Shown here one piece after another: positions 29,949 through 38,422 of a stretch of 64,000 bases of DNA. Both the position numbers and the translations under genes were made by a program. A model generated the notes under the pieces. The model saw only the letters and a list, made by a program, of their open reading frames with translations. It made no database searches and was not told the origin of the DNA. Source of the DNA: an uncultured Candidatus Rokubacteria bacterium (GTDB lineage: Bacteria > Methylomirabilota > Methylomirabilia > Rokubacteriales > CSP1-6); assembly GCA_963789955.1 (NCBI GenBank), contig CAWBMV010000017.1, positions 32,001-96,000 of the forward strand. Reading direction: 5' to 3'. Position 1 is the stretch's first letter, and each line of letters begins with the position of its first letter.

Positions 29949-30452
29949 TCAGGCCTTGTTGAACTTCTCGAAATCCTCCGGCTTGATGTTCTGCAGCCAC
30001 TCGCGGAGCTGGTCGGGATCGTCGGGCTTCACGGGCTCCGCCTCCTTGGTGACCTCGAGGCTCTTCGCCTTGCGAATGACTTCCTCGTCGACGTAGATCG
30101 GAGCCGCCACACGGAGGGCGAGCGCGATGGCGTCCGACGGGCGCGAGTCGACGGTGTACTCGGTCTCCCCGAGCTGGAGATGGAGCACGGCGAAGAAGGT
30201 GTTCTCCTTGAGGTCGGTCACGACCACCTTGAGCACGCGCGCTTCGAGCGTCTCGAGGATGTTCTTGATGAGATCGTGCGTCATGGGCCGGGCCGGCGCG
30301 ACCTTCTCGAGCTCGAGCGCGATCGCGTTGGCCTCGAAGATGCCGACCCAGATCTGCAGCGACCGCTTGTCCTCCTCGTCGCGGAGGATGATGATCGGCA
30401 TGTTCGAGACGGCGTCCAGGGCCAGTCCGCGGACCTTCATTTCGACAAACAT
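29949..30452 (-). CDS. Bifunctional nuclease (DUF151) family protein
   Basis: IWVGIFEANAI, RPMTHDL, DSRPSDAIALA. Confidence 0.92.
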   Translation of the reverse strand: MFVEMKVRGLALDAVSNMPIIILRDEEDKRSLQIWVGIFEANAIALELEKVAPARPMTHDLIKNILETLEARVLKVVVTDLKENTFFAVLHLQLGETEYTVDSRPSDAIALALRVAAPIYVDEEVIRKAKSLEVTKEAEPVKPDDPDQLREWLQNIKPEDFEKFNKA

Positions 30453-31780
30453 GCGGCCTCCTCAGGTTGGGAAGCGAGTGACCCCCGCAGACTGTGCGGC
30501 AGCACCTGGTCGATATGGACCTGCGTCAATTCGCCGACGGACGCGCGGCCCTGCCCGTCGAAGTTGACGACGCGATTGCAGCGGGTCCGGCCCGAGAGCT
30601 CCCGCGGATTCTTCTTCGAGACTCCGTCCACCAGCACGTCCATCGTCCGGCCGGCCAGCCGGCCGCTGCGCTCGGCGCCGACGCGCGTGGCGACGTCGAG
30701 GAGCCGCGAGTTGCGGCTGGCCTTCACGTCGTCGGCGACCTGGTCCGGCATCGTCGCGGCCGGCGTTCCGGGCCGGCGCGAGTAGCGGAACACGAACACG
30801 TTGTCGTAGCCGACGGTCTCCACCATCTCGAGGGTCTGCTCGAAGTCCGCCTCGGTCTCACCGGGAAAGCCGACGATCAGATCGGTCGAGAACGCCATGT
30901 CCGGCACCGCGTCGCGAATCTCCGCGACCAGCTCCAGATAGCGCTCGCGCGTGTAGCCGCGGTTCATCCGGGTGAGCACGTCGTTCGAGCCCGACTGGAG
31001 CGGCAGGTGGAAGTACTCGCACACCTTGGGAACGTCGCGCATGGCGCGGATCAGCCGGGGCGTCAGATTGTAGGGATTCGACGTCGTGAAGCGAATCCGG
31101 GCGATGTCCTCGACCTCGTCCACGCGCGCGAACAGCTCGCCGAGATCGGTCCGCGGCGTGAGGTCGCGCCCGTAGGCGTTCACGGTCTGCCCCAGGAGCG
31201 TCACCTCCCGGCACCCGTCGGCGGCGAGCCGGCGCACCTCCTCGACGATGACGTCGGGCGGATGGCTGCGCTCGCGTCCGCGCGTCTGCGGTACCACGCA
31301 GAAGGTGCAGTTCTTCTCGCACCCTTCCATCACCGTCACGAACTCCCGCAGCCGCCCGGCGGAGGGCGGACGCGCCGTGATCTTGACGAGGGGGCCCTCA
31401 CCCGTCTCGAGCACGGGCCGGCGCTCGCGGCGCACCCGATCGACGAGCTCGGCCACGCGGGCGATGGCGGGCGAGCCGAAGACCAGGTCGACCGACGGGG
31501 CGCGGCGCTGGATCGCGCTCTGATGAAGCTGCGCCATGCAGCCCATCACGCCGATGACGAGCTCGGGCTTCTGCGCCTTGAGCAGGCGAAGCTCGCCGAG
31601 CTTCGAGAACACCTTGTCCTCGGCCTTCTCGCGGATCGCGCAGGTGTTGACGAGAATCAGGTCGGCTTCGGTCTGATCGGAGGTCAGCTCCCAGCTTTGC
31701 TCCCGGAGCAAGCCGGCCACACGCTCCGAGTCGTACTCGTTCATCTGGCAGCCGTATGTGATCAGGTGGAGCTTAGCCAT
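30437..31780 (-). CDS. miaB: tRNA-2-methylthio-N6-dimethylallyladenosine synthase
   Basis: TYGCQMNEYDSE, NTCAIREKAE, radical SAM CEKNCTFC, HLPLQSGS, C-terminal TRAM domain. Confidence 0.95.
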   Translation of the reverse strand: MAKLHLITYGCQMNEYDSERVAGLLREQSWELTSDQTEADLILVNTCAIREKAEDKVFSKLGELRLLKAQKPELVIGVMGCMAQLHQSAIQRRAPSVDLVFGSPAIARVAELVDRVRRERRPVLETGEGPLVKITARPPSAGRLREFVTVMEGCEKNCTFCVVPQTRGRERSHPPDVIVEEVRRLAADGCREVTLLGQTVNAYGRDLTPRTDLGELFARVDEVEDIARIRFTTSNPYNLTPRLIRAMRDVPKVCEYFHLPLQSGSNDVLTRMNRGYTRERYLELVAEIRDAVPDMAFSTDLIVGFPGETEADFEQTLEMVETVGYDNVFVFRYSRRPGTPAATMPDQVADDVKASRNSRLLDVATRVGAERSGRLAGRTMDVLVDGVSKKNPRELSGRTRCNRVVNFDGQGRASVGELTQVHIDQVLPHSLRGSLASQPEEAACLSK

Positions 31781-31896
31781 GAGTGCTTGGAAAATCCCAC
31801 GTTTGCGTTGGTCCCGACCGTAGCATTCGCGGTCGGGCAAGTCAAACGAGAGCGGTCAAAGTGACCGCCGGCCGGGCCACTTGCCGGACAGGAATC

Positions 31897-31924
31897 TTGA
31901 CTGATCAAGTTTATTTGATATATT
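31897..31924 (+). promoter_or_regulatory. ars promoter with overlapping ArsR-type operator
   Basis: TTGACT (31897-31902) and TATATT (31919-31924); inverted repeat ATCAA-N6-TTGAT at 31904-31919. Confidence 0.7.
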
Positions 31925-31933
31925 TCGGACTGC

Positions 31934-32245
31934 GTGAAGACCGGGGAGAGCGTCAGTCGCCGCTTCCATGCCCTGGCCGATGAGACCCGCCTGAAGATCA
32001 TCGACCGCCTGCGGGACGGCGAAGAGTGCGTCTGCAACCTGACCGGGCCGCTGGGAATGCGGCAGTCGCTCCTTTCGTTTCACCTGCGCGCGCTGAAGGA
32101 TGCCGGGATCATCAGCGATCGAAAGGAAGGTCGCTGGGTGTACTACGCCTTGAACCTGGATGTGCTCGACGAGATGCTCGCAACCCTCGAAGCGCTCAAG
32201 AAGCCGCGCAAGGGCCTGCGCCTCATCGCGCCGCGCTGCGAGTGA
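31934..32245 (+). CDS. arsR: ArsR/SmtB family repressor
   Basis: FHALADETRLKI, EECVCNL, QSLLSFHLRALK, GRWVYY. Confidence 0.92.
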   Translation: MKTGESVSRRFHALADETRLKIIDRLRDGEECVCNLTGPLGMRQSLLSFHLRALKDAGIISDRKEGRWVYYALNLDVLDEMLATLEALKKPRKGLRLIAPRCE

Positions 32246-32265
32246 CCCTTTTTTTGGCCGAAGCC

Positions 32266-32281
32266 ATCAAGATTTCTTGAT
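32266..32281. promoter_or_regulatory. Second ArsR-type operator, upstream of arsM
   Basis: ATCAAGA-TT-TCTTGAT, same ATCAA-N6-TTGAT core as at 31904. Confidence 0.65.
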
Positions 32282-32296
32282 CAGAGGAGCCGTGGG

Positions 32297-33121
32297 ATGA
32301 GCGACGAGGGCATCAAGGATCGCGTGAAGGAGAAGTACGGACAGGCCGCGTTGCGGGTGATCGCGAGCGGGGCGACGTCGTGCTGCGGGAGCGCGTCGTC
32401 CGGGAGCGGCTGCGACCCGGTCACGTCGAATCTGTACGGACAGGATCAGACCGCTGAGCTGCCTGAACAGGCCGTCGCCGCCTCGCTCGGCTGCGGCAAT
32501 CCGACGGCGCTCGCCGAGCTGACGCCGGGTGAGACGGTCCTGGATCTCGGCTCCGGCGGCGGCATCGACGTGCTGCTGTCGGCCAGGCGCGTCGGACCGG
32601 CCGGCAAGGCGTACGGCCTGGACATGACGGACGAGATGCTCGCGCTGGCGCGGGAGAATCAGCGCAAGGCGGGTGTCGACAACGTCGAGTTCCTGAAGGG
32701 CGAGATCGAGGCGATCCCCCTCCCCGCCGACTCCGTGAACGTGATCATCTCGAACTGCGTGATCAACCTGTCGGCGGACAAGGATCGCGTGTTCGCCGAG
32801 GCATTTCGCGTGCTCAAGCCCGGCGGGCGGCTCGCCGTATCGGACGTCGTCGTGCGCGGCGAGGTGCCGACCGCCATCCGGCGCAGTGTCGAGCTGTGGA
32901 TCGGCTGTATCGCCGGAGCCCTCGAGGAAGGCGACTATCGAGCGCGGCTCGCGAAGGCCGGGTTCGACGGCATCGAGGTCGAGCCGACCCGGATCTACCG
33001 GACCGAAGACGCGCGCGAGTTCCTGGATCGCGAGGGAATCGACGCCGACACGATCGCGCCGTCCGTGGACGGCAAGTTCATGAGCGCGTTCATCCGGGCG
33101 CGCAAGCCGTCGGTGGTGTGA
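32297..33121 (+). CDS. arsM: Arsenite S-adenosylmethionine methyltransferase
   Basis: [34 protein letters not shown]. Confidence 0.92.
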   Translation: MSDEGIKDRVKEKYGQAALRVIASGATSCCGSASSGSGCDPVTSNLYGQDQTAELPEQAVAASLGCGNPTALAELTPGETVLDLGSGGGIDVLLSARRVGPAGKAYGLDMTDEMLALARENQRKAGVDNVEFLKGEIEAIPLPADSVNVIISNCVINLSADKDRVFAEAFRVLKPGGRLAVSDVVVRGEVPTAIRRSVELWIGCIAGALEEGDYRARLAKAGFDGIEVEPTRIYRTEDAREFLDREGIDADTIAPSVDGKFMSAFIRARKPSVV

Positions 33122-33789
33122 GCGACCGAAGCAGTCTCGGTCGGCGCCTCGCCGCGGAGGCCGTCGGTACCGCGCTCCTGCTGGCCGCCGTTGTCGGATC
33201 CGGCATCATGGGCGAGCGCCTCGCCGGCGGCAACGTCGCCGTGGCGCTCCTCGCGAACACCGTGGCGACCGGCGCGGCGCTCGTCGCGCTCATCCTGACC
33301 TTTGGATCGATCTCGGGCGCGCACTTCAACCCGGCCGTCACCTTGGCCGACGCGTCGCGAGGTGGGCTCGCCTGGGGCGACGTGGTGCCGTACGTCGTCG
33401 CGCAGATCACCGGCGCGTTCGCTGGTGTCGCGGCGGCCCATGTGATGTTCGAGGCGCCGCTGTTCTTCGCCTCGCGTCACGCGCGCTCCGGGCCGGCGCA
33501 GATGTTCAGCGAGTTCGTGGCCACCTTCGGGCTCCTCGCCGTGATCTGGGGCTGTCTGCGCGTGCGCGCCGATGCCATCCCGTTCGCGGTGGCCGCCTAT
33601 ATCACGGCGGCGTACTGGTTCACGGCGTCCACGTCGTTCGCGAACCCGGCAGTAACGCTCGCGCGGTCGGCCACGGACACGTTCGCGGGCATCCGCCCGG
33701 CGGACGCGCCGGCCTTCATCGTCGCCCAGCTGCTCGGGGCCGGCGCCGCGACCGCGCTCTTCGCCTGGCTGACTCCTCGAGCGACCTGA
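33118..33789 (+). CDS. MIP/aquaporin family channel (arsenic-associated type)
   Basis: ISGAHFNPAVT and STSFANPAVT NPA motifs; GTGA overlap with arsM. Confidence 0.9.
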   Translation: MSDRSSLGRRLAAEAVGTALLLAAVVGSGIMGERLAGGNVAVALLANTVATGAALVALILTFGSISGAHFNPAVTLADASRGGLAWGDVVPYVVAQITGAFAGVAAAHVMFEAPLFFASRHARSGPAQMFSEFVATFGLLAVIWGCLRVRADAIPFAVAAYITAAYWFTASTSFANPAVTLARSATDTFAGIRPADAPAFIVAQLLGAGAATALFAWLTPRAT

Positions 33790-34283
33790 TGGCCCTGTCG
33801 GTCCGTCTCGCCGGCGCCGCGGACGCCCCGGCCATCGCGCGCATCCACAACGAGGGTATCGAGGATCGGATCGCCACGTTCGAGACCGAGCCGCGGACCG
33901 CCGATCAGGTGGCGAAAGCCATGGCGGAGAAGGGCGATCGCTATCCGACGATCGTGGTCGTGCGCGACGGCGAGGTCGTGGCCTGGGCGAGCGCGGGCCC
34001 CTACCGCAGCCGGCCCGCCTATGCCGGTGTCGCCGAGCATTCGGTCTATGTCGCGCGAAACGCTCGCGGCGCCGGGGTCGGCCGCGCGGCGCTCGATGGA
34101 CTCTGCCGGGCCTACGCGGAGCGCGGCTTCTGGAAGATCGTCTCCCGGATCTTTCCCGAGAACGTGGCGAGCCTGGCGTTACACGAGCGCTGCGGCTTCC
34201 GTGAGGTCGGCGTCTACAAACGGCACGGCCAACTCGACGGCGAGTGGCGCGATTGCGTCATCGTCGAGCGCCTGCTCGGCTGA
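33789..34283 (+). CDS. arsN1: GNAT N-acetyltransferase, ArsN1-like
   Basis: NEGIEDRIATFETEPR, HSVYVAR..RGAGVG, FPENVASLALH; located inside the ars operon. Confidence 0.75.
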   Translation: MALSVRLAGAADAPAIARIHNEGIEDRIATFETEPRTADQVAKAMAEKGDRYPTIVVVRDGEVVAWASAGPYRSRPAYAGVAEHSVYVARNARGAGVGRAALDGLCRAYAERGFWKIVSRIFPENVASLALHERCGFREVGVYKRHGQLDGEWRDCVIVERLLG

Positions 34284-34308
34284 ACCCGTGAACGGCGTGG
34301 AGGACGGC

Positions 34309-34725
34309 ATGAGCAAGCAGCGGGTCCTGTTCCTGTGCACCCACAATTCGGCGCGTAGCCAGATGGCGGAGGGCCTCCTCCGGGCGATGGCCGGCGAGCG
34401 CTTCGAGGTGCAGAGCGCGGGCACCGAGCAGACCCGCGTGCATCCGCTGGCGATCCGCGCGATGGCGGAGCGCGGCATCGACATCAGCGGCCACACGTCG
34501 AAGGTGTACGTCGGCCTGCTGGCGGAGCCGTGGGACTACGTGATCACCGTCTGTGACGACGCGAACGAGCGCTGCCCGTTCCTGCCGGGCGCGGTGAAGC
34601 GCCTGCACTGGTCGCTCGAGGACCCGTCGCGCGCGTCCGGCGACGAGGAGGCGCGGCTCGCGGCCTTCCGGCGTATTCGCGGCGAGATCGAAGCCCGTCT
34701 CTCCGAGTGGCTGGCGAGCCGTTAG
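34309..34725 (+). CDS. arsC: Thioredoxin-type (LMW-PTP fold) arsenate reductase
   Basis: CTHNSARSQMAE P-loop, TVCDDANERCP, HWSLEDP. Confidence 0.9.
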   Translation: MSKQRVLFLCTHNSARSQMAEGLLRAMAGERFEVQSAGTEQTRVHPLAIRAMAERGIDISGHTSKVYVGLLAEPWDYVITVCDDANERCPFLPGAVKRLHWSLEDPSRASGDEEARLAAFRRIRGEIEARLSEWLASR

Positions 34726-34758
34726 GCGCGCGGGGTCACGAGGCGCTTTCGAACGCAG

Positions 34759-34788
34759 CTCGGGGGGAGCGGCGACGCTCCCCCCGAG
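34759..34788. terminator. Perfect 13-bp GC hairpin between convergent genes (terminator- or REP-like)
   Basis: CTCGGGGGGAGCG-GCGA-CGCTCCCCCCGAG; no U-tract. Confidence 0.5.
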
Positions 34789-34816
34789 GGTGAACCGGAG
34801 CGAGGGTGAACCGGAG
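34785..34816 (+). repeat. 16-bp tandem duplication
   Basis: CGAGGGTGAACCGGAG twice (34785-34800, 34801-34816). Confidence 0.85.
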
Positions 34817-36322
34817 CTAGTCGATCTCGTCGGGCCGGCCGCCCTTGCGCGCGCCCGCGGGCTTCTTGCCGGCGTCGGCGCCGTGCCCGTTGCCGTTGCC
34901 GAAGGTGAGCGGCGGCTTGACCTCGAACTGCTTTTCGAGGCGGTTGCGCCGCTCCTTCCAGCCCTCCTGATACTCGAGCTCCTCCTCGTGCAGGGTCGCC
35001 GGCTGCTTGATCCCGTGCGCGTGGCGGAACTGGATCGCCAGCTTGGACGCCTCGCGGCGCACTTCGTCCCACGGCGTGCCGAGCGCGAACTGATCGGAGA
35101 TGGCGCCGATGCGGCCCGTGTGGATGTTGCAGGAGAGCGTGATCGCCGACAGGATCGGCCCCGACCAGTAGGAGGTCTGCGAGTTGATCGGCATCGGCAG
35201 GATGTGCAGGTTGTGGCTGCCGCGGCAGTCACCGGCCACCATCGGCGCGGTGGCCCAGGGTGACGTGATCTCACCCGGCGCCGGCCAGTCGCCCTGGGCG
35301 AAGGCCAGGAGCACCGGATCGTCCTTGCCGCCGTAGGTGAAGCCCTTCTTGGTCTTGATGTTGTGCAGCCGCTCGGCCGAGCAGATGTAGCCGAGCTGGT
35401 CCTTCTCGTTCTTGTCGCCTCGCGTCCAGATGCGCGCGATCACGAAGCGCGAGGAGCGGGTCAGCCCCTCGATGTCGTAGAGGTCTTCGGGGGCCCGCAG
35501 GGTGATCACCTTTTCCTGGAGTCCCTTGGCGACCTCTTCCATCTTGTTGTCGAGCGCCCGCTGGTCACGCGGGTGGGCGCCCGCCTCGACCGCCTGCGCC
35601 TTCGTGTCGAGGTCGACGATCTCGAAGACGTAGCCGCGCTTCATCTTGGAGGCGGCGATGACGAGACCGGTGTTGAACCGCGGCAGCATGTAGGCGCCGG
35701 TGGCGTAGTGGTTGAACGCCATGGGCTCGGTCTTGTCGGCGAACGACACCAGCACGGTCTGCGAGGCGTTGTCCTTGCGGACCGGGAACGGCAGCGCCAC
35801 CGTCGCCGGGCCGGCGCCGCGCAGGTTGCCGGTGAACGCGTCGGCCACCAGGTCCTGGCCGGGGCCGTAGAGGCCGAGCTCGGCGGCCTTGGTGGCGCCT
35901 TCCTGCAGCGCGTCCCACATGAGCTCGTCGACGACCGACATGTCCACCGTCTCGGCCATGATCCCGGTCACGGCGCAGTCGTCGCCGGTGTGGGTCACGA
36001 TCATCGAGGTGAAGATGGGCTCGCCGCGGTAGCTGTTGTTGTCGAGGACGTACTTCGCGATGATCGACTTCACCTCGTCGGCCGCCACCACGTGGCCGCC
36101 GACCCCGCCGACGTCGGCCTTGGTGGCCTTGATGTAGCGCTGAACGAGAGCCGGGTTCTTCGCGAAGATGTACGACTTGTACGAGAAGATGTTCGGCGTG
36201 TTCGTGACCGGGATCTTCTCCGTGACGGTCACTGGCAGCCCGGCGAGCTCGTCCTTCGACTGATGGTATTCCGTCATCTTGATGGGCTGACCATCCTGTG
36301 GGCCATAACGCCGCGCAGACAT
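34817..36322 (-). CDS. Fructose-1,6-bisphosphate aldolase/phosphatase (class V FBPase) homologue
   Basis: KADVGGVGGH, TGDD, GLYGPGQDL..DAFTGNLRG, ADKTEP, YGGKDDP, RGSH, PATL..EELEY; AAGGAGG RBS. Confidence 0.85.
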   Translation of the reverse strand: MSARRYGPQDGQPIKMTEYHQSKDELAGLPVTVTEKIPVTNTPNIFSYKSYIFAKNPALVQRYIKATKADVGGVGGHVVAADEVKSIIAKYVLDNNSYRGEPIFTSMIVTHTGDDCAVTGIMAETVDMSVVDELMWDALQEGATKAAELGLYGPGQDLVADAFTGNLRGAGPATVALPFPVRKDNASQTVLVSFADKTEPMAFNHYATGAYMLPRFNTGLVIAASKMKRGYVFEIVDLDTKAQAVEAGAHPRDQRALDNKMEEVAKGLQEKVITLRAPEDLYDIEGLTRSSRFVIARIWTRGDKNEKDQLGYICSAERLHNIKTKKGFTYGGKDDPVLLAFAQGDWPAPGEITSPWATAPMVAGDCRGSHNLHILPMPINSQTSYWSGPILSAITLSCNIHTGRIGAISDQFALGTPWDEVRREASKLAIQFRHAHGIKQPATLHEEELEYQEGWKERRNRLEKQFEVKPPLTFGNGNGHGADAGKKPAGARKGGRPDEID

Positions 36323-36366
36323 GCACGCCTCCTTGCGTCGGGTGAGGAATTGGATACTCGCATTCG

Positions 36367-36395
36367 AGGATATCGGGGTACACTGAGGGCGTCAA
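36367..36395 (-). promoter_or_regulatory. Sigma70-like promoter of the FBP aldolase/phosphatase gene
   Basis: Reverse strand TTGACG, 17-nt spacer, TATCCT. Confidence 0.6.
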
Positions 36396-36399
36396 GCAA

Positions 36400-36426
36400 G
36401 AAATTTACGGAAATGAAATTAATTTC
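36400..36426. promoter_or_regulatory. AT-rich candidate operator for the SorC-family regulator
   Basis: Palindrome GAAATTAATTTC (36415-36426) plus GAAAT direct repeats at 36400 and 36410 in a GC-rich background. Confidence 0.5.
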
Positions 36427-36444
36427 TCACGGCCTGATCACGAC

Positions 36445-37431
36445 GTGAAAACCGCTCCCCTCACCTCGCGCGAGCTCCGGCAGACGGTGCACTGTCTCGA
36501 GCTGTACTACCGCCAGAGCAAGAGCCAGAAGGACATCGCCAGCTCGCTGGGCGTCTCGGCGGCGACCGTGTCGCGCCTGCTCAAGCGCGCGTTCGACGAG
36601 GGACTCGTCCGCGTCGAGCTCGATCTGCCGCGCCGCGAGCAGCTCGAGGCCGGGCTGGTCGAGCGCTTCGGCCTGCGCGACGCCGTCGTCGTCGCCGCCG
36701 GCGGCCGCGGCGACGTGAAGGAAGAGCTCGGCACCGCCGCGGCGGCGTATTTCGAGAAGATCGCCGCCAACGGCCTGCGCGTCGGGCTCTCGTGCGGGTT
36801 CACGCTCTACCAGACGATCCGCCAGCTCCACGAGCGCCGCTTTCGGGATCTGGCCCTCTACCCGCTGTCCGGCGAGAGCACGCTCGAGCTCGTGGACTTG
36901 TTCCCGAATACGCTCGTCGGGATGATGGCCGCGAAGTATCGCCCGCACGTTCACGCGTGGGCGCTGCCGGTGCAGCACCTCCTGTCGCTGCGCGAGATCG
37001 AGCGCGAGCGGCGGCGGCTCCTGCGCGACCCGGCGATCCGGCGGATCTACGAGGCGGCCCAGGACGTCGACATCGCGCTGGTCGGCATCGGGCTCATCGG
37101 CGAGAGCACGCCGGGGTTCTGCTCGCTGGCCGAGTCGTACGGGGTCAGCGTCAAGCGATTGCGCCAGCTCGGCGTCGTCGGCGAGATCAACTACCAGCCG
37201 TTCGACGAGGAAGGACGCATCGTGGATCGGCCGGAGCTGCGGGCGCTGATGCGGCGGGTACTCTCGGTGCCCGGCGACCGGTTGCAGGCCCTGTCGCGCC
37301 GCGACGATCGTTACGTCGTGGCGATCGCCGGCGGCCGGCCCAAGCTCGAGGCGGTACGCGGCGCCGTCGCGGGGCGCTTCATGAACGTGCTGGTCACCGA
37401 CGAGGACGTCGCCGCGGCGCTCCTGCGGTGA
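36445..37431 (+). CDS. SorC/CggR/DeoR family sugar-phosphate-binding regulator
   Basis: LYYRQSKSQKDIASSLGVSAATVSRLL HTH; GLSCGFT, DIALVGIG, GVVGEI, VLVTDE. Confidence 0.9.
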   Translation: MKTAPLTSRELRQTVHCLELYYRQSKSQKDIASSLGVSAATVSRLLKRAFDEGLVRVELDLPRREQLEAGLVERFGLRDAVVVAAGGRGDVKEELGTAAAAYFEKIAANGLRVGLSCGFTLYQTIRQLHERRFRDLALYPLSGESTLELVDLFPNTLVGMMAAKYRPHVHAWALPVQHLLSLREIERERRRLLRDPAIRRIYEAAQDVDIALVGIGLIGESTPGFCSLAESYGVSVKRLRQLGVVGEINYQPFDEEGRIVDRPELRALMRRVLSVPGDRLQALSRRDDRYVVAIAGGRPKLEAVRGAVAGRFMNVLVTDEDVAAALLR

Positions 37432-37447
37432 TCGGGCTGACGACCCG

Positions 37448-38422
37448 CTACGCGCCGCCCCGGGCCGGGATCGAGCCCTCCTCGAACGCGCCGATCCGCC
37501 TGAACTTCTCGTAGCGCCCGGCGACCAGATCGTCGCCGGATTGTCCGGCGAGGTCGCGCAAGTTCTCGCGAAGCGCCGTCTTCAGGTACCCCGCCGCGCC
37601 CTCCCAGTCGCGATGCGCGCCGCCGACCGGCTCGGGCACGATCGCGTCGATCACCCCGAGCTTCAGGAGGTCGGGCGCGGTGATGCGCATCGACTCGGCC
37701 GCTTCGGGAGCCTTCGCCGCGTCGCCCCACAGGATCGCCGCGCACCCTTCGGGCGAGATCACCGAGTAGATCGAGTATTCCAGCATGAGCACCCGGTTGC
37801 CCATGCCGATCGCCAGCGCGCCGCCGCTGCCGCCCTCGCCGGTCACGATCGAGAGGATCGGTGTGCGCAGGGCGGCCATCTCACGCAGGTTGCGCGCGAT
37901 CGCCTCCGCCTGCCCGCGCTCCTCGGCGCCGAGCCCCGGGTAGGCGCCGGGCGTGTCGATGAACGTGACGACGGGCTTGCCGAACTTCTGGGCGAGATGC
38001 ATGAGCCGCAGCGCCTTCCGATAGCCCTCGGGGTGCGGCATGCCGAAGTTCCGCGCGATCTTCTCGCGGGTATCCCGCCCCTTCTGGTGGCCGATGACCA
38101 CGAGGCTCCGCTCTTCGAACCGGGCCAGGCCGCCCACGATCGCGGCGTCGTCGCCGAAGAGCCGATCGCCGTGCAGCTCGACGAAGTCCTCGAAGAGGAG
38201 CTTGATCAGGTCCCGCGTGTGCGGGCGCTTCGGGTGGCGCGCGAGCTGCGTGCGCTGCCAGGCGGTCAGGCTCGCGTAGGTCCGCTGGCGCAGCCGCGCC
38301 AGCCGCTCCTCGAGCTTCGCGATCTCTTCGCGCGCCTTCGGCGCGTCGTCCTCGGCCTGGAGCGTGGCGATCCGGTTCTCGAGGTCGACCAGCGGCTGCT
38401 CGAAATCAAGCGCGTCCGGCAT
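37448..38422 (-). CDS. accA: Acetyl-CoA carboxylase carboxyltransferase alpha subunit
   Basis: [42 protein letters not shown]. Confidence 0.97.
   Translation of the reverse strand: MPDALDFEQPLVDLENRIATLQAEDDAPKAREEIAKLEERLARLRQRTYASLTAWQRTQLARHPKRPHTRDLIKLLFEDFVELHGDRLFGDDAAIVGGLARFEERSLVVIGHQKGRDTREKIARNFGMPHPEGYRKALRLMHLAQKFGKPVVTFIDTPGAYPGLGAEERGQAEAIARNLREMAALRTPILSIVTGEGGSGGALAIGMGNRVLMLEYSIYSVISPEGCAAILWGDAAKAPEAAESMRITAPDLLKLGVIDAIVPEPVGGAHRDWEGAAGYLKTALRENLRDLAGQSGDDLVAGRYEKFRRIGAFEEGSIPARGGA

Noticed and set aside
32243..32296. UGA readthrough (Sec) at the end of arsR
   Set aside because: The protein is already full length; the stop is followed by a T-tract and an operator, not a SECIS-like hairpin or a plausible coding extension.
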